This document shows positions 34,806 to 44,474 of a stretch of 64,000 bases of DNA, in pieces. The translations under genes were made by a program, and so were the position numbers. The notes beneath the pieces are model-generated. The model had not been told where the DNA came from and did not search any database. It saw only the letters and a program-made list of their open reading frames with translations. Position 1 is the stretch's first letter, and the number at the start of each line of letters is the position of its first letter. Origin of the DNA: Escherichia coli (lineage in GTDB: Bacteria > Pseudomonadota > Gammaproteobacteria > Enterobacterales > Enterobacteriaceae); assembly GCF_013122565.1 (NCBI RefSeq), contig NZ_CP053258.1, one strand, 5' to 3'.

Positions 34806-36260
34806 TTAACCTGTGACTTTTTGTTCTCCTGTTTTTTCTGCTGCTGTACGTTTTTTTAATAAGGCGTAGGCCACAAAGGCGACAATAACGCCGACAAACC
34901 ATGAAACGCGTGATAAAGGCTCCATGAACGGAATAAATTTACCACCGAGAGATAAAATAACGGCGACCAAAGTTACTGAGAACGCGGTAAGGTTAAAGCC
35001 GTTACCGTAATATTTGAAATCACCTGCTGCGGTATAAAGTTCATCAAGATTAATTTGTCCGCGCATTACCACAAAATAATGCGCCATCATGACACCAATT
35101 ACCGGACCCAGCATCCCGCCGATAATATCGAGGAACAGATAAATACTGTCCTGATTTTCCATTAATTTCCACGGGCAGATCAGCAGGCTGATAATACTGG
35201 CAATCAGTACGCCGTTTTTATAGGTCAGTTTCGTCGGTGCAATAGCGGCAATCTGATAACCGGCCGGAATAATATTACCGGTGGCGTTAGTGGAAATGGT
35301 CGTCATCAGAATAACCAGTACCGCAAAGAACGAGGCAAACAGGCTGTCCCAACGCTGAACAATATCCAGCACGTTCCAGGTGTCAGCGCCGTAATGAATA
35401 CTGGCTCCGGCAATAATACATACCCCCGCGACCGCAAACAGAATATAGGCCACAACTAAACCCAGCGTTTGCCCCAGCGCTTGCTCACGAAACGAGTGGG
35501 CGTTTTGCGTAAAGTCGGATGCGCTCACCGCCGGTGCCGCCCAGACCGCAACTACCGCGTTAATCACCACCAGGAACATGAAGCCACTGTTTTCTGCTTT
35601 CTGAATACCGCTCGGAATGTAGTCAAAGATTGGACCGATCCCGACCAGTGAAATCGCCCAAATCGCCATGCCGCCGAAAACGATATAGATGCACGGGTTA
35701 AGAATGGCAGTGAATTTATTTAAAACTTTGCCACCGCCAAAACCAATACCAACGTTAACCAGCCAGAAGAGTAAGAAAGTAATTAAGCCCGGTAGCGAAA
35801 GGCCTAACAAGGTAAAATCACCACCGAGAGTTAAAAATCCCGGCCAGATTTTGCCAATCAGGATCAAGCAGGCCAGTGATCCGGCGTAACATTGCAGGCC
35901 AAACCACATAATGGCAGCAATACCGCCTCTTAATAATCCGGGAAACAGTGCGCCACGTACGCCGTAAGAAGCACGCAGGATCATGGCAAACGGTACGCCG
36001 TATTTACTGCCCGCAGCACCGTTTAATACCATTACCGCGGCAATGAAAAAGGCGCTGAGGATAATTGCCAACATAATACTAAAGGTAGACAAGCCGAGAA
36101 TAAAAAAGCCGCCGACCATCACATAATTGGGAACGTTATGAACCGAACCCATCCATAAGGTAAAATAGTTAAATGTTTTCCAGGTCCGCTGGCTTTGCGT
36201 TTTCGGCAATAGATCTTCGCTATAGCCGCGTTGCTGGAATAGTTTTCTCTGATGTTCCAT
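34806..36260 (-). CDS. ybbW: Putative allantoin transporter, NCS1 family (484 aa)
   Basis: 12-TM nucleobase-cation-symporter-1 type sequence upstream of allB. Confidence 0.9.
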   Translation of the reverse strand: MEHQRKLFQQRGYSEDLLPKTQSQRTWKTFNYFTLWMGSVHNVPNYVMVGGFFILGLSTFSIMLAIILSAFFIAAVMVLNGAAGSKYGVPFAMILRASYGVRGALFPGLLRGGIAAIMWFGLQCYAGSLACLILIGKIWPGFLTLGGDFTLLGLSLPGLITFLLFWLVNVGIGFGGGKVLNKFTAILNPCIYIVFGGMAIWAISLVGIGPIFDYIPSGIQKAENSGFMFLVVINAVVAVWAAPAVSASDFTQNAHSFREQALGQTLGLVVAYILFAVAGVCIIAGASIHYGADTWNVLDIVQRWDSLFASFFAVLVILMTTISTNATGNIIPAGYQIAAIAPTKLTYKNGVLIASIISLLICPWKLMENQDSIYLFLDIIGGMLGPVIGVMMAHYFVVMRGQINLDELYTAAGDFKYYGNGFNLTAFSVTLVAVILSLGGKFIPFMEPLSRVSWFVGVIVAFVAYALLKKRTAAEKTGEQKVTG

Positions 36261-36429
36261 AAATCCCTCTTAATTTCACGTATCGAATAACGTTGTTTTA
36301 ATCTAGCTATGAGGAACAAATAAAATAAAAATATTATTTTTAATACTGAAGCAACATCTTTGGCTGCTTTCTTTTTTTAATATTGCTGGCCGATTCATTT
36401 TCTGATATCGGCCATTTTTATTGCGGGTA

Positions 36430-37308
36430 TCAGGCCAGTTTATGGTTAGCCATTAATTCCAGCGCCTGCACTAACGCAGAGTGATCCAACTGGCTGCCAC
36501 CGTTTGCAGCACAGGTATTAAATAACTCCTGGCAGGTCGCAGTGTTTGGCAGGTTCAGCGCCAGTGCTTTCGCACTTTGCAGTGCCAGGTTGAGATCTTT
36601 CTGGTGCAGCGCAATTTTGAAACCTGGATTAAAAGTGCGTTTAATCATGCGCTCACCGTGAACTTCCAGAATACGTGAGGAAGCAAAGCCGCCCATCAGC
36701 GCCTGGCGCACACGTACCGGGTCTGCACCGGCTTTTGAAGCAAACAGCAGAGCTTCAGAGACCGCTTCAATATTGAGCGCTACGATAATCTGATTTGCCA
36801 CTTTGCAGGTTTGACCGTCGCCGTTACCGCCCACAAGGGTGATATTTTTACCGAGCAGTTCAAACAGCGGTTTAACACGTTCAAATACCGCTTCGTCACC
36901 GCCAACCATAATTGACAACGTCCCTTCACGCGCGCCGATTTCGCCGCCGGAGACTGGCGCATCGAGATAATCACCGCCCAGTTCATTCACCTGACGAGCG
37001 AAACGTTTAGTTTCAATCGGGGAAATGGAGCTCATATCAACAATGGTTTTGCCCTTCAGCGAGGCTTTGGTACAACCATTTTCACCGAACAGAACTTCTT
37101 CAACCTGTGGTGTATCCGGCACCATAATAAAAATGATGTCCGCTGCTTCCGTTACCTGGCGCGCGGTGTCGACATTAACAGCACCGAGTGACAGTAATTC
37201 ATCAGCAACCGGTCCAATGGTCGTGACATGTAATTGATGACCGGCACGCGCCAGATTAATGGCCATCGGAGTACCCATAATGCCTAAGCCAATAAATCCC
37301 AGTTTCAT
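36430..37308 (-). CDS. glxR: Tartronate semialdehyde reductase GlxR (292 aa)
   Basis: N-terminal Rossmann motif GFIGLGIMG; 3-hydroxyisobutyrate dehydrogenase family. Confidence 0.94.
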   Translation of the reverse strand: MKLGFIGLGIMGTPMAINLARAGHQLHVTTIGPVADELLSLGAVNVDTARQVTEAADIIFIMVPDTPQVEEVLFGENGCTKASLKGKTIVDMSSISPIETKRFARQVNELGGDYLDAPVSGGEIGAREGTLSIMVGGDEAVFERVKPLFELLGKNITLVGGNGDGQTCKVANQIIVALNIEAVSEALLFASKAGADPVRVRQALMGGFASSRILEVHGERMIKRTFNPGFKIALHQKDLNLALQSAKALALNLPNTATCQELFNTCAANGGSQLDHSALVQALELMANHKLA

Positions 37309-37408
37309 AATTAACCTCTTTTTAAATGTCGCTATTCCTGAATTCAGACAACACGATCCCCTGCCAACTTAGCGGCCTAAAAAAGCATTGTCTGAACAGC
37401 GTTACGTT

Positions 37409-38185
37409 TTAACGGTACGGATCCATCCAGCGTAAACCGGCTTCCGTGGTGGTTTGTGGTTTATATTCACACCCAACCCAACCGTTGTAGTCAGAATTTT
37501 CAATTACCGTAAAGAGATATTCGTAATTAATTTCTCCGGTTCCCGGTTCGCCGCGATGCGGATTATCGGCAATTTGCAGGTGACCAATTTTATCGGCCCA
37601 CTGAGTCATGGTGTTGGTTAATTCACCTTCCATCCGCTGCATGTGATAAATGTCATACTGAATTTTCAAATTGCAGCAACCAACATCATCAATCAATTTC
37701 AGCGCCTGCCGAGTTCCGGTGAGATGGAAACCAGGAATATCAAAATGGTTAATAGGTTCAATCAGTAATAAAATATCTTCTTTCATCAGCATATTCGCGG
37801 CATAACGCAGGTTTTCTACAAGCGTTGCGTGAATCTGTTCACTGCTGAAACCAGCCGGCGTTTTACCGACCAGACAGTTAATTTTTTTATTACCCAGCGC
37901 ACGAGCATAACGAATCGCTGCTGCTACGCCATCCCGAAACTCTTCTTCACGGCCAGGAATACAGGCAATACCCCGCTCGCCCGCCGCCCAGTCACCTGCC
38001 GGTAAATTGTGCAGCGTATGTTCGAGTTTATTACTCGCCAGTACCTGTTTTAATTCTTCAATGTCGTAGTCATAAGGGAACATAAATTCAACGCCGCGAA
38101 AACCACACTGCGCAGCTTTCTCAAAACGGACGAGAAAATCATATTCACCAAATAACATCGATAAATTAGCAGAGAAACGTAACAT
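37409..38185 (-). CDS. hyi: Hydroxypyruvate isomerase Hyi (258 aa)
   Basis: TIM-barrel xylose-isomerase-like sequence between gcl and glxR. Confidence 0.93.
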   Translation of the reverse strand: MLRFSANLSMLFGEYDFLVRFEKAAQCGFRGVEFMFPYDYDIEELKQVLASNKLEHTLHNLPAGDWAAGERGIACIPGREEEFRDGVAAAIRYARALGNKKINCLVGKTPAGFSSEQIHATLVENLRYAANMLMKEDILLLIEPINHFDIPGFHLTGTRQALKLIDDVGCCNLKIQYDIYHMQRMEGELTNTMTQWADKIGHLQIADNPHRGEPGTGEINYEYLFTVIENSDYNGWVGCEYKPQTTTEAGLRWMDPYR

Positions 38186-38197
38186 TATTTATCTCCC

Positions 38198-39979
38198 TTA
38201 TTCATAGTGCATGAAGCAGGTTTCAGTCGGTGCATCCGCTGCGTTATCGGCGATATCTTCAAATTCCATGACGTTATCCAGTTCGCTGCCCATCGAAATA
38301 TTTGTCACACGCTCGAGAATAACTTCCACGACTACCGGTACCCGATATTGCGCCATTAAGGCTTTCGCCTGTTCAAAGGCCGGTGCAATATCTTCCGGTT
38401 TGAAGACGCGAATCGCTTTACAACCTAAACCTTCCGCTACTTTTACGTGGTCGACGCCGTAACCGTTCACTTCGCTGGAGTTGATATTCTCGAAAGCGAG
38501 TTGCACGCAGTAGTCCATGTCAAAGGCGCGTTGTGACTGACGAATCAGGCCGAGATAGGCGTTATTCACCAGCACATGGATGTACGGAATGTTGAACTGC
38601 GCGCCAACGGCTAACTCTTCAATCAGGAACTGGAAGTCGAAGTCACCGGAAATCGCCACCACATTGCGTTTCGGATCAGCGGCACAAACCCCCAGCGCCG
38701 CCGGAATCGTCCAGCCTAACGGACCAGCCTGACCACAGTTGATCCAGTGGCGGTCTTTAAAGACATGCAGCATTTGTGCCGCAGCGATTTGTGACAGGCC
38801 AATGGTGGTGACATAACAAACATCGCGACCAAAGGCTTTGTTCATCTCTTCATACACGCGCTGCGGTTTCACCGGCACGTTGTCGAAATGGGTTTTGCGC
38901 AGCAAAGTGCGTTTGCGCTGCTGGCAGTCGGCGACCCATTCTTTACGACACGGCAGACGACCCGCTTTTTGCATCTCCTGCGCCACTTCAACCAGCAGTG
39001 TCAGCGCCGCTTTAGCATCAGAGACAATGCCGAGATCCGGACACAGCACGCGGCCAATTTGCGTCGGCTCAACATCGATATGAACGATTTTGCGCCCTTC
39101 GGTGTATTTCTCTACCGAACCGGTATGACGGTTAGCAAAACGGTTACCGATACCAAACACCATGTCGGACGCCAGCAACGTTGCGTTACCGTAACGATGC
39201 GCGGTTTGCAGACCGACCATCCCGGCCATCAGTTCATGATCGTCCGGGATACAGCCCCAGCCCATCAGCGTTGGGATCACCGGAACGCTGGTCAGTTCAG
39301 CAAACTGTTGTAACAGTGCAGCTGCGTCAGCATTGATTACCCCGCCCCCGGCAACAATCACCGGACGTTCGGCCTGGATTAACATTTCTACAGCTTTTTC
39401 GATCTGCGTACGGCTGGCAGCAGGTTTGTAGACCGGCAGCGGTTCGTACATGTCAGGATCAAACTCGATTTCCGCAACCTGAACGTCGAACGGTAAATCC
39501 ACCAGTACCGGACCCGGACGACCAGAACGCATCAGGTGAAATGCCTGTTGCAGCACGCGAGGCACCAGCGCCGCTTCACGTACTGTAACCGCCATTTTGC
39601 TGACCGGTTTAGCAATTGCTTCAATATCTACGGCCTGAAAATCTTCTTTATGCAGACGGGCGCGCGGAGCCTGGCCGGTAATGCACAGAATAGGAATGGA
39701 ATCAGCAGAAGCAGAATAGAGCGCGGTGATCATGTCCGTGCCCGCAGGACCGGAAGTCCCCAGACATACGCCGATATTCCCTGCCGTTGCGCGGGTATAA
39801 CCTTCCGCCATGTGCGAAGCACCTTCCACATGACGCGCCAGAATGTGACGAATACCGCCGTGCTTACGCATCGCTGAGTAGAACGGATTGATTGCAGCTC
39901 CCGGAACACCGAAGGCGGTGGTGATACCTTCTTTCTCCAGCACATACATTGCCGCGTCAACGGCTCTCATTTTTGCCAT
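38198..39979 (-). CDS. gcl: Glyoxylate carboligase Gcl (593 aa)
   Basis: ATG at 39979 ([21 protein letters not shown]...); ThDP-dependent enzyme; ORF-track start at 40069 is an upstream extension. Confidence 0.95.
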   Translation of the reverse strand: MAKMRAVDAAMYVLEKEGITTAFGVPGAAINPFYSAMRKHGGIRHILARHVEGASHMAEGYTRATAGNIGVCLGTSGPAGTDMITALYSASADSIPILCITGQAPRARLHKEDFQAVDIEAIAKPVSKMAVTVREAALVPRVLQQAFHLMRSGRPGPVLVDLPFDVQVAEIEFDPDMYEPLPVYKPAASRTQIEKAVEMLIQAERPVIVAGGGVINADAAALLQQFAELTSVPVIPTLMGWGCIPDDHELMAGMVGLQTAHRYGNATLLASDMVFGIGNRFANRHTGSVEKYTEGRKIVHIDVEPTQIGRVLCPDLGIVSDAKAALTLLVEVAQEMQKAGRLPCRKEWVADCQQRKRTLLRKTHFDNVPVKPQRVYEEMNKAFGRDVCYVTTIGLSQIAAAQMLHVFKDRHWINCGQAGPLGWTIPAALGVCAADPKRNVVAISGDFDFQFLIEELAVGAQFNIPYIHVLVNNAYLGLIRQSQRAFDMDYCVQLAFENINSSEVNGYGVDHVKVAEGLGCKAIRVFKPEDIAPAFEQAKALMAQYRVPVVVEVILERVTNISMGSELDNVMEFEDIADNAADAPTETCFMHYE

Positions 39980-39999
39980 TTTATTCCTACCTCTATTTA

Positions 40000-40016
40000 T
40001 TGGAAAAATTTTCCAA
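40000..40016. promoter_or_regulatory. Candidate AllR operator in the gcl promoter
   Basis: Perfect palindrome TTGGAAAAATTTTCCAA about 20 nt upstream of gcl start. Confidence 0.7.
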
Positions 40017-40031
40017 CTTTCAAATTTTGTC

Positions 40032-40056
40032 AAAAAAACCCGCTCCGCAGAGCGGG
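40032..40056 (-). terminator. Rho-independent terminator after allR
   Basis: On minus strand cccgctctgcggagcggg followed by 7 T, 13 nt past the allR stop. Confidence 0.75.
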
Positions 40057-40068
40057 ATGCGACAGACA

Positions 40069-40884
40069 TTATGGATGTGCTTTCAGTCCCAACGCCGTGC
40101 TGATATCGCGGGCGGTGTCTCTGACCAGCTCACCCTGACTGACAAAACGATCTTCTGTCAGTCTTGATGAAGGCCCGGAGATGGAGATAGCGGCAACAAC
40201 GCTACCTACATCATCGTAAATTGCTGAAGCTATGCAATTCAGACCTACAACATGCTCTTCTTTATCTACGGTATAGCCCAGTTCACGCGCTTGTTCCAGG
40301 TCCTTCAGCAAGGTGGGCATATCCACAAGCGTAGTTGGCGTAAACTGCTGCAAACCGGTTTGCAGAATGATGCTCATCAACTCCTCTTCTGCCAGCGGAT
40401 AAAGCAGCGCTTTGCCCGCACCGGAAGCATGCAGCGGCAGACGACTACCCAGTGGCGCGCACATCCTGACCATCGATTTACACTCTAACTGACCAATTAA
40501 TACCGCTTCATTGCCGTTACGGATCGCGACATTGACCGTTTCGCCGGAAAGTAACATCAGGCGGCGCATAAACGGCCCGGCGACGGAGAGGACATCGCGG
40601 TTATGGATGTACGCCGCACCGACGTTAAAGACACCTAATCCTATATGCCACCAGCCTAACTGACTGTCCTGATAGACAAAATCCGCTGCCTGTAAAACCT
40701 TCAGCAAGCGAAAGGTCGTGGAGAGCGGCAAATCCAGATTGAGAGAAATATCGCTAACCGACGAACTTCCCCCACTTTTTTCCAGATATTGCAGAATCGC
40801 AATTCCCCGCTCTAACGCCTGTGCGCCCTTCTGTGCCACAGGCTCCGCCTGTCCTGGCCTGCCGCGCCGTCTAACTTCCGTCAT
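40069..40884 (-). CDS. allR: IclR-family repressor of allantoin/glyoxylate genes AllR (271 aa)
   Basis: IclR-type HTH and effector domain; position between allA and gcl. Confidence 0.93.
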
Positions 40885-40961
40885 ACCTACGTTAACTCCG
40901 ACCTACAAGTGAGCATAAACAATGAACAATTAGTTTATCTTATGCAAGTCGGTTGCAGGCG

Positions 40962-41444
40962 TCACGCAAAACAGAGTTCCTGTTCAGGAATACTTTCAAC
41001 ATCACAGTTGTCACTGCCGCCGCGATCGATGGTCAGAAAATCGGTGACGCGCTGCCAGGCGAAAAGTGGGTGATGCCAGACGTTACGATGGTAATTCACC
41101 CCCTGTTCGCCGTTGGTGATAAACGCCCGCAGCGTTGACAGGTCTGGTTTGTCGTCGCCTAACGCCACGACCACCACAAACACTTCACCTTTCATCGGGA
41201 TAAAGGCCTGAGTACCCAGCGGATGACGTTCGAGTTCGTGAATGGTCAGCGGCAGATTCGCCGGTTGCGCGCGGTTAATGCTGATAAGCGTACGGTCTTG
41301 CTCAAGAATCTCAACCAGCGCCAAATCGTGGTAACGCTCCACCAGGCCATTGTTAATATGGAAAAAATCCCGTTGCTGCGTTTCGATTACGTCGCCATAA
41401 GCACTAAAGGCTTCCTGACTTAACGGTAATACCTGAAGTTTCAT
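40962..41444 (-). CDS. allA: Ureidoglycolate lyase AllA (160 aa)
   Basis: Cupin-like sequence [21 protein letters not shown]... Confidence 0.93.
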
Positions 41445-41549
41445 CTTTTTGTCCTTGTAACATAATTCCGTTAAACCACCGCCGACCGGTCAGCTTGGTT
41501 TCAATAACAGGCAATCTAAAACCTTAAGAGAACAACATCAATACAAAAG

Positions 41550-41566
41550 TTGGAATATTTTTCCAA
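41550..41566. promoter_or_regulatory. Candidate AllR operator in the allS-allA divergent region
   Basis: Palindrome TTGGAATATTTTTCCAA with the same half-sites as the gcl-promoter site. Confidence 0.7.
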
Positions 41567-41673
41567 AACCAGATTTAGTCCACAAATTGAACAGGGTTAT
41601 CATGTAAAAATACTGATAAATTAGAGGATAAGAAAATCACGCAACTTGCGGATTTAAAAGGGGATACCTGAAG

Positions 41674-42600
41674 ATGTTCGATCCAGAAACCTTGCGGACT
41701 TTCATTGCGGTTGCTGAAACAGGAAGTTTTTCAAAAGCGGCAGAACGATTATGTAAAACCACGGCGACGATCAGTTATCGCATTAAACTTCTGGAAGAGA
41801 ATACCGGAGTAGCGCTGTTTTTCCGCACGACTCGCAGCGTGACGTTGACAGCGGCTGGCGAGCATCTACTTTCCCAGGCCAGAGACTGGCTGAGCTGGCT
41901 GGAAAGTATGCCCAGCGAGCTGCAACAGGTGAATGATGGCGTGGAACGCCAGGTGAATATTGTCATCAACAACCTGCTCTACAACCCCCAGGCCGTCGCC
42001 CAGTTGCTGGCGTGGCTGAATGAACGTTACCCCTTTACCCAGTTTCACATCTCCCGACAAATCTATATGGGCGTCTGGGACTCGCTATTGTACGAAGGTT
42101 TTTCACTGGCTATCGGCGTCACGGGAACCGAGGCGCTGGCAAATACCTTTAGTCTTGATCCCTTAGGATCGGTGCAATGGCGATTTGTCATGGCGGCGGA
42201 TCATCCGCTGGCGAACGTTGAAGAGCCGCTAACAGAAGCGCAGTTGCGGCGCTTTCCGGCGGTCAATATTGAAGACAGCGCCCGCACCTTAACCAAACGC
42301 GTCGCCTGGCGATTGCCGGGGCAAAAAGAGATTATTGTTCCCGATATGGAAACGAAAATCGCCGCCCATCTGGCGGGCGTTGGCATTGGTTTTTTGCCAA
42401 AATCACTTTGCCAGTCAATGATCGATAATCAACAACTGGTCAGCCGGGTAATCCCAACGATGCGCCCTCCTTCGCCATTGAGTCTGGCATGGCGCAAATT
42501 TGGCAGCGGCAAAGCGGTAGAAGATATTGTGACCTTGTTTACCCAGCGCAGGCCGGAAATCAGCGGATTTTTAGAAATTTTCGGCAACCCACGCAGTTAA
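41674..42600 (+). CDS. allS: LysR-family activator of allDCE, AllS (308 aa)
   Basis: N-terminal LysR HTH ([17 protein letters not shown]...) and substrate-binding domain. Confidence 0.92.
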
Positions 42601-42653
42601 AAATCAAGTTTCCTTGCGCGTTGGCGCGTAAAATAGCGCGCAAGCTGATTTGA

Positions 42654-43763
<1,110 letters not shown>

Positions 43764-43826
43764 TGGGCGGTATTCTGAAACGGCGATTGTCGTGAGAACA
43801 GAATGGTTGCACCAGAATACAGATAT

Positions 43827-43856
43827 AAAAAAACCGACATGACAGTCGGTTTTTTT
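43827..43856. terminator. Bidirectional rho-independent terminator after selU
   Basis: A7-ccgacATGACAgtcgg-T7; works on either strand. Confidence 0.75.
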
Positions 43857-43914
43857 ATTTTTTCCGCCCAAGACTTGGTGGTTCTGGGCAGAAATGAAAC
43901 AGTCCTCATCTAGC
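43827..43914 (-). ncRNA. Candidate antisense small RNA (putative antitoxin) — hypothesis only
   Basis: Minus-strand sigma70-like promoter (-35 TTGAAT, 17-bp spacer, -10 TATAAT; + coordinates 43921-43949); predicted transcript runs into the 43827-43856 terminator; its 5' end is complementary to a 16-nt element upstream of the 27-codon ORF. Confidence 0.3.
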
Positions 43915-44174
43915 AAGTGAATTATAAGTCAGGATGCCTACATATTCAAACAGCTATGTTGGCGATACAATCCCGACGCTAGTAGTGATACTGCCTCAAG
44001 GGATTACCGCAGTGCGGAAAAGTACTTTTAAGTCCTGGTCAGGATACAGGTGGTGCTGATTCTGGTGCTCTAATTTGGAGAGAGGCAGTCCTCATCTAGC
44101 ACATGAAGAAAATCATAGTTACAGGCAATGTAAGGGTAAGCTGTGATTGTCTTTCTCCCTTAAGGGAGCAACGG

Positions 44175-44258
44175 ATGAAAACTTTTCTCGATAAAGTTCT
44201 CATCGTTCTTAAGGCGCTAATCGCGCTGCTGGAACTGATCCGTCAGTTTATTGAATAA
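44175..44258 (+). CDS. 27-aa hydrophobic peptide MKTFLDKVLIVLKALIALLELIRQFIE; candidate type I toxin (DinQ/TisB/ShoB-like)
   Basis: ATG with SD AGGGAG 7 nt upstream; SD lies inside hairpin ctcccTTAAgggag; stop followed by hairpin ggccgaaggtttaccaccttcggcc; peptide is a single amphipathic TM helix; not in the 60-aa-minimum ORF track. Confidence 0.55.
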   Translation: MKTFLDKVLIVLKALIALLELIRQFIE

Positions 44259-44276
44259 CTGAGGAAACGTAGCTAA

Positions 44277-44301
44277 GGCCGAAGGTTTACCACCTTCGGC
44301 C
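44277..44301 (+). terminator. Hairpin terminator after the 27-codon ORF
   Basis: ggccgaagg-tttaccacc-ttcggcc followed by TTT, then a second hairpin ccgacatgacagttgg with flanking A/T runs. Confidence 0.5.
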
Positions 44302-44370
44302 TTTAAAAAACCGACATGACAGTTGGTTTCATATTTATTGCCAAAATGCACACTGTTCATGCCAGATGCG

Positions 44371-44458
44371 GCGTAAACGCCTTATCTGGCCTACACAATC
44401 TTGCAAAATCAATATATTGCACGATCTTCGTAGACCAGATAAGCGTAGCGCATCAGGC
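44371..44458. repeat. BIME (two REP units) downstream of ybbP
   Basis: gccagatgcggcgtaaacgccttatctggcctaca and gtagaccagataagcgtagcgcatcaggc. Confidence 0.85.
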
Positions 44459-44474
44459 AATCTAACGCCTGTCA

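Noticed and set aside
43894-43920. 8-codon ORF (MKQSSSSK) overlapping copy 1 of the 16-nt repeat
   Set aside because: Too short and without an SD; the region is better explained as the 5' end of a minus-strand sRNA candidate.
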